From positions 47,282 to 67,281 of IMG/VR virus record IMGVR_UViG_3300028844_003150: a DNA stretch of 20,000 nt, one strand, 5' to 3'. The position numbers were made by a program, and so were the translations under genes. The stretch comes from an uncultured virus (IMG/VR IMGVR_UViG_3300028844_003150). Lineage: Duplodnaviria > Heunggongvirae > Uroviricota > Caudoviricetes. Positions 17,763-20,000 of the stretch are shown here, piece by piece. Each line of letters starts with the position of its first letter. Position 1 is the stretch's first letter. The notes under the pieces were generated by a model. It had not been told where the DNA came from, searched no databases, and worked only from the letters and a program-made list of their open reading frames with translations.

Positions 17763-18305
17763 TTAAATCCCCAGCTCTTTATCAAGCTGCTCATCAAAAG
17801 TAAGTGGTCTATCCTTTTCATAGCCGAGCGTATCGTCCAGAAGAGTATTAGCCGAAGCGGCTTGTAACCTGCGTTGTAAGCCAGATAACCCCCGTTCATT
17901 AGATGCCTCGCCCAAGCCCCGTATTGCGATAGCGCGTGGATCATTATCCGCTATACCAGCAGACTGTAGTTTGTACGAATTCTGCAGTGCTCCCAATTGT
18001 GCTCTTCGTTGTGCCCCAGTAAGTCCACGCTTGGTAGCCAGTTCCTTCGCCTCACGCGCAAAGCTCTCTGCAAACTTGGCATTCTGCTGACTCAACGGAA
18101 CTTTCTCCCCCGAACTGGATAATCTACGGGATTGTGCAGCTGTAGGCTGTGTCTGAGCAATAGCCTGTTGAGTAACAACTTTGTCAGCCGTAGATTCCAA
18201 CGGAGCCTCAGACCCGAACTTACTTAGAGGACGCCTGCGGTCAGTCCCCGCAACGGGTGTGCGTGGGGCTGAACGAAAACCACCACTAAAGTATTTATCC
18301 GGCAT
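17763..18305 (-). CDS. Putative small ejection / internal virion protein
   Basis: 180 aa, A/Q/R/S/L-rich and helical, with an internal repeat RGLTGAQRR / RGLSGLQRR. Spacers to its neighbours are 1-2 nt. Confidence 0.6.
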   Translation of the reverse strand: MPDKYFSGGFRSAPRTPVAGTDRRRPLSKFGSEAPLESTADKVVTQQAIAQTQPTAAQSRRLSSSGEKVPLSQQNAKFAESFAREAKELATKRGLTGAQRRAQLGALQNSYKLQSAGIADNDPRAIAIRGLGEASNERGLSGLQRRLQAASANTLLDDTLGYEKDRPLTFDEQLDKELGI

Positions 18306-18306
18306 A

Positions 18307-20000
18307 TTAGATCTCCGTAGTAGTCGTCGTGTTGCAACTAGAGCTGTTGGAAGCCGCTTCGCTTACCGAAGCGCTCAGGTTCACAGCAGTCATAGCAGCC
18401 GCCGCCAACTGTGCCTGCACAGTCATAATAGTCTTGCTCTTCTCAATATCCAGTGTCATCAAACGCAGCATCTGTTCAATATTCAGCTGAGCTTCTTTCA
18501 ACTCGACATCAGTCTGGATCTTGCCCTCTTCCAGCGCTAATTCGAACTGTCTGGAATCTGCAATGATCCGGGCTTGCTCAGCGCTCAGCTCAGCAGAATA
18601 AATCTGTGCTTGCCCATTATAGATGTCTACACCCGCCGCAATCCTCTTCGCTTCCGCATCAACTTCGACAGCATATTGCTGAACTCTGGTCTTGTGTTGA
18701 TCCATGAGCAGAGTGTTGTTCTGAATCTCCAGCTGAGATTGTTGGATGAGCGAGTCATTTCCGGACTTATACGCATCCACGAGACTGGCGAACGCATCGA
18801 CCTCCGTCTTGTATATCTGTACCTTGCTCTCTTCTGCACGTACACGCTCCGCGAATAATTTGACTTCCGTTTCCTTCGCTCCGACTTCAGCAACAAATGA
18901 CTGTACCTGAGCGGTGAAAGCATCAATCTCGTTCTTGTTCACAGCTACCAGAGCATTGACTCCATCTAGCTGCCCCTTGTAGATCTCGATCTGGGCAAGC
19001 AGTGACTGCACCCGTGAGTTGTACAGGGTGATGTATTGCTGGTTAATGTCCCCTACAAGTTTCTGTCCTTCGAGCTGAGCCTTGTAGATCTCAATCTCTG
19101 CCATCTCCGCTTCAATGAGCAGACGGTATACCTGAACATCGGCCAGATAGGTCTGTAACTGAATGTTTTGGTACGCAATCTGGGCGTTGAAGATACTAAT
19201 CGAGGCATCGATTGCAGCCTTAGCAGCTTCGAGCAATACTTGCATCTTCTGGGTATGCAGCCCGATATACATGTTCTCAATGGCGACGCCCTGAGCAACA
19301 GCGAAGCGGATATTCTCAACTTCCATCTGTGCCTGCTGGACTGCGATCTCACGGGACAGGGTGTTCTGAGCGTCCTGTACATCCTGCCTCGCAGCCGTGA
19401 TCTTCTTATCCAGCACACCACCGGGCAGACTGAAACCACGAGAGGCCCAGTCATCAGTCAGTTCCTGAATTAGCTTGGAACCAGTAACCTCTTCCCGGCC
19501 ACGGGCCTTCTGCCAGAGGGCATCCCAAATCGCATCCGGGAGGCCAGTACCACCGGCCATCATCTCGTTGACCTTAGCGATCAGGGACGGCATGTTGGCA
19601 ACGTAATCTTCGTAGTTATACGAGAACGTATTGTCCGGGGCATCCAGATCCAGCGTTGGGGCTACGCCATCAAAAGTGGGCAGCGTAGTCGTAGGCACTG
19701 GCGGGAGGGTAATCGCTTCCAGCGTCGGCTCATCAGGCAGCGTAATAACTGGGGCAGGCGGAATTACGATATCCACCGAATCTGGTGGGCCTTCAGGGGC
19801 TGTAGCTGTCAGGTCAGCAGGTGTCGGAATCGCGATGACATCCGGTGCTGTGGCGTCCAGATCAGGCGCTGGGTAGAAGTCGGGGGTAGTGACAGATGGT
19901 ACGACGATACCACCCGGCTTATTCGGAGAAGCGAAGGTCAGGTCTGGTTCTGGTGGGGCATCTGGCTTCGCAAACGGAGTTCCCAAACCTTCCGGGATAC
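18307..20000 (-). CDS. Virion protein with a Pro-rich segment and a long coiled coil (5' truncated)
   Basis: The frame stays open past the track's TTG at 19986 to the window edge (..IPEGLGTP). A Pro/Thr/Asp-rich region is followed by a central WASRGFSLPGG motif and then a heptad-periodic helix. Confidence 0.75.
   Translation of the reverse strand, partial: IPEGLGTPFAKPDAPPEPDLTFASPNKPGGIVVPSVTTPDFYPAPDLDATAPDVIAIPTPADLTATAPEGPPDSVDIVIPPAPVITLPDEPTLEAITLPPVPTTTLPTFDGVAPTLDLDAPDNTFSYNYEDYVANMPSLIAKVNEMMAGGTGLPDAIWDALWQKARGREEVTGSKLIQELTDDWASRGFSLPGGVLDKKITAARQDVQDAQNTLSREIAVQQAQMEVENIRFAVAQGVAIENMYIGLHTQKMQVLLEAAKAAIDASISIFNAQIAYQNIQLQTYLADVQVYRLLIEAEMAEIEIYKAQLEGQKLVGDINQQYITLYNSRVQSLLAQIEIYKGQLDGVNALVAVNKNEIDAFTAQVQSFVAEVGAKETEVKLFAERVRAEESKVQIYKTEVDAFASLVDAYKSGNDSLIQQSQLEIQNNTLLMDQHKTRVQQYAVEVDAEAKRIAAGVDIYNGQAQIYSAELSAEQARIIADSRQFELALEEGKIQTDVELKEAQLNIEQMLRLMTLDIEKSKTIMTVQAQLAAAAMTAVNLSASVSEAASNSSSCNTTTTTEI

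Noticed and set aside
323..19454. Alternative-frame minus-strand ORFs (323..571, 10116..10463, 18627..18926, 19053..19454 and others) as embedded genes such as an o-spanin
   Set aside because: No lipobox or signal sequence is present. They are nested in well-supported genes and have atypical composition.
91..19876. All plus-strand ORFs in the track (e.g. 1548..2168, 3582..4148, 6467..7165, 11648..12202)
   Set aside because: They are antisense shadows of a fully tiled minus-strand operon, with no recognisable motifs.
19984..19986. TTG start of the 559-aa ORF
   Set aside because: The frame is open to the window edge, so the real start probably lies upstream.
1..20000. CRISPR array, tRNA, terminator, DGR template/variable repeats, invertible segments, stop-codon reassignment
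   Set aside because: Intergenic gaps are about 12 nt or less, and no long nucleotide-level repeats, reverse transcriptase or recombinase were seen. The standard code tiles the window, and TAA, TGA and TAG are all used as stops.

Overview
This is a 20 kb segment of a tailed dsDNA phage (or prophage) late region, probably short-tailed (podovirus-like). All credible genes lie on the minus strand in one tightly packed, translationally coupled block. In transcription order (right to left) they are: a 5'-truncated Pro-rich/coiled-coil virion protein; three putative ejection (capsid-internal) proteins of 180, 979 and 2265 aa; a 57-aa highly basic protein missed by the ORF track; two large beta-rich tail proteins (614 and 794 aa); four small tail-associated proteins, including a missed 45-aa ORF and a BppU-like domain; two membrane-anchored proteins; a GH24 endolysin; a putative holin; a DUF1353 protein; a thermonuclease-family nuclease; and a truncated exported protein. 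No RNA genes, CRISPR arrays, mobile elements or terminators were seen. The most interesting signals are a protein-level (R)GLR motif confined to the predicted capsid-internal proteins, an intact plus a degenerate zincin-like domain in the giant protein, a repeat copy nested inside another copy in the 794-aa tail protein, and a lysis cassette with no recognisable spanin pair. All family calls come from motif recognition by eye; no database searches were run.
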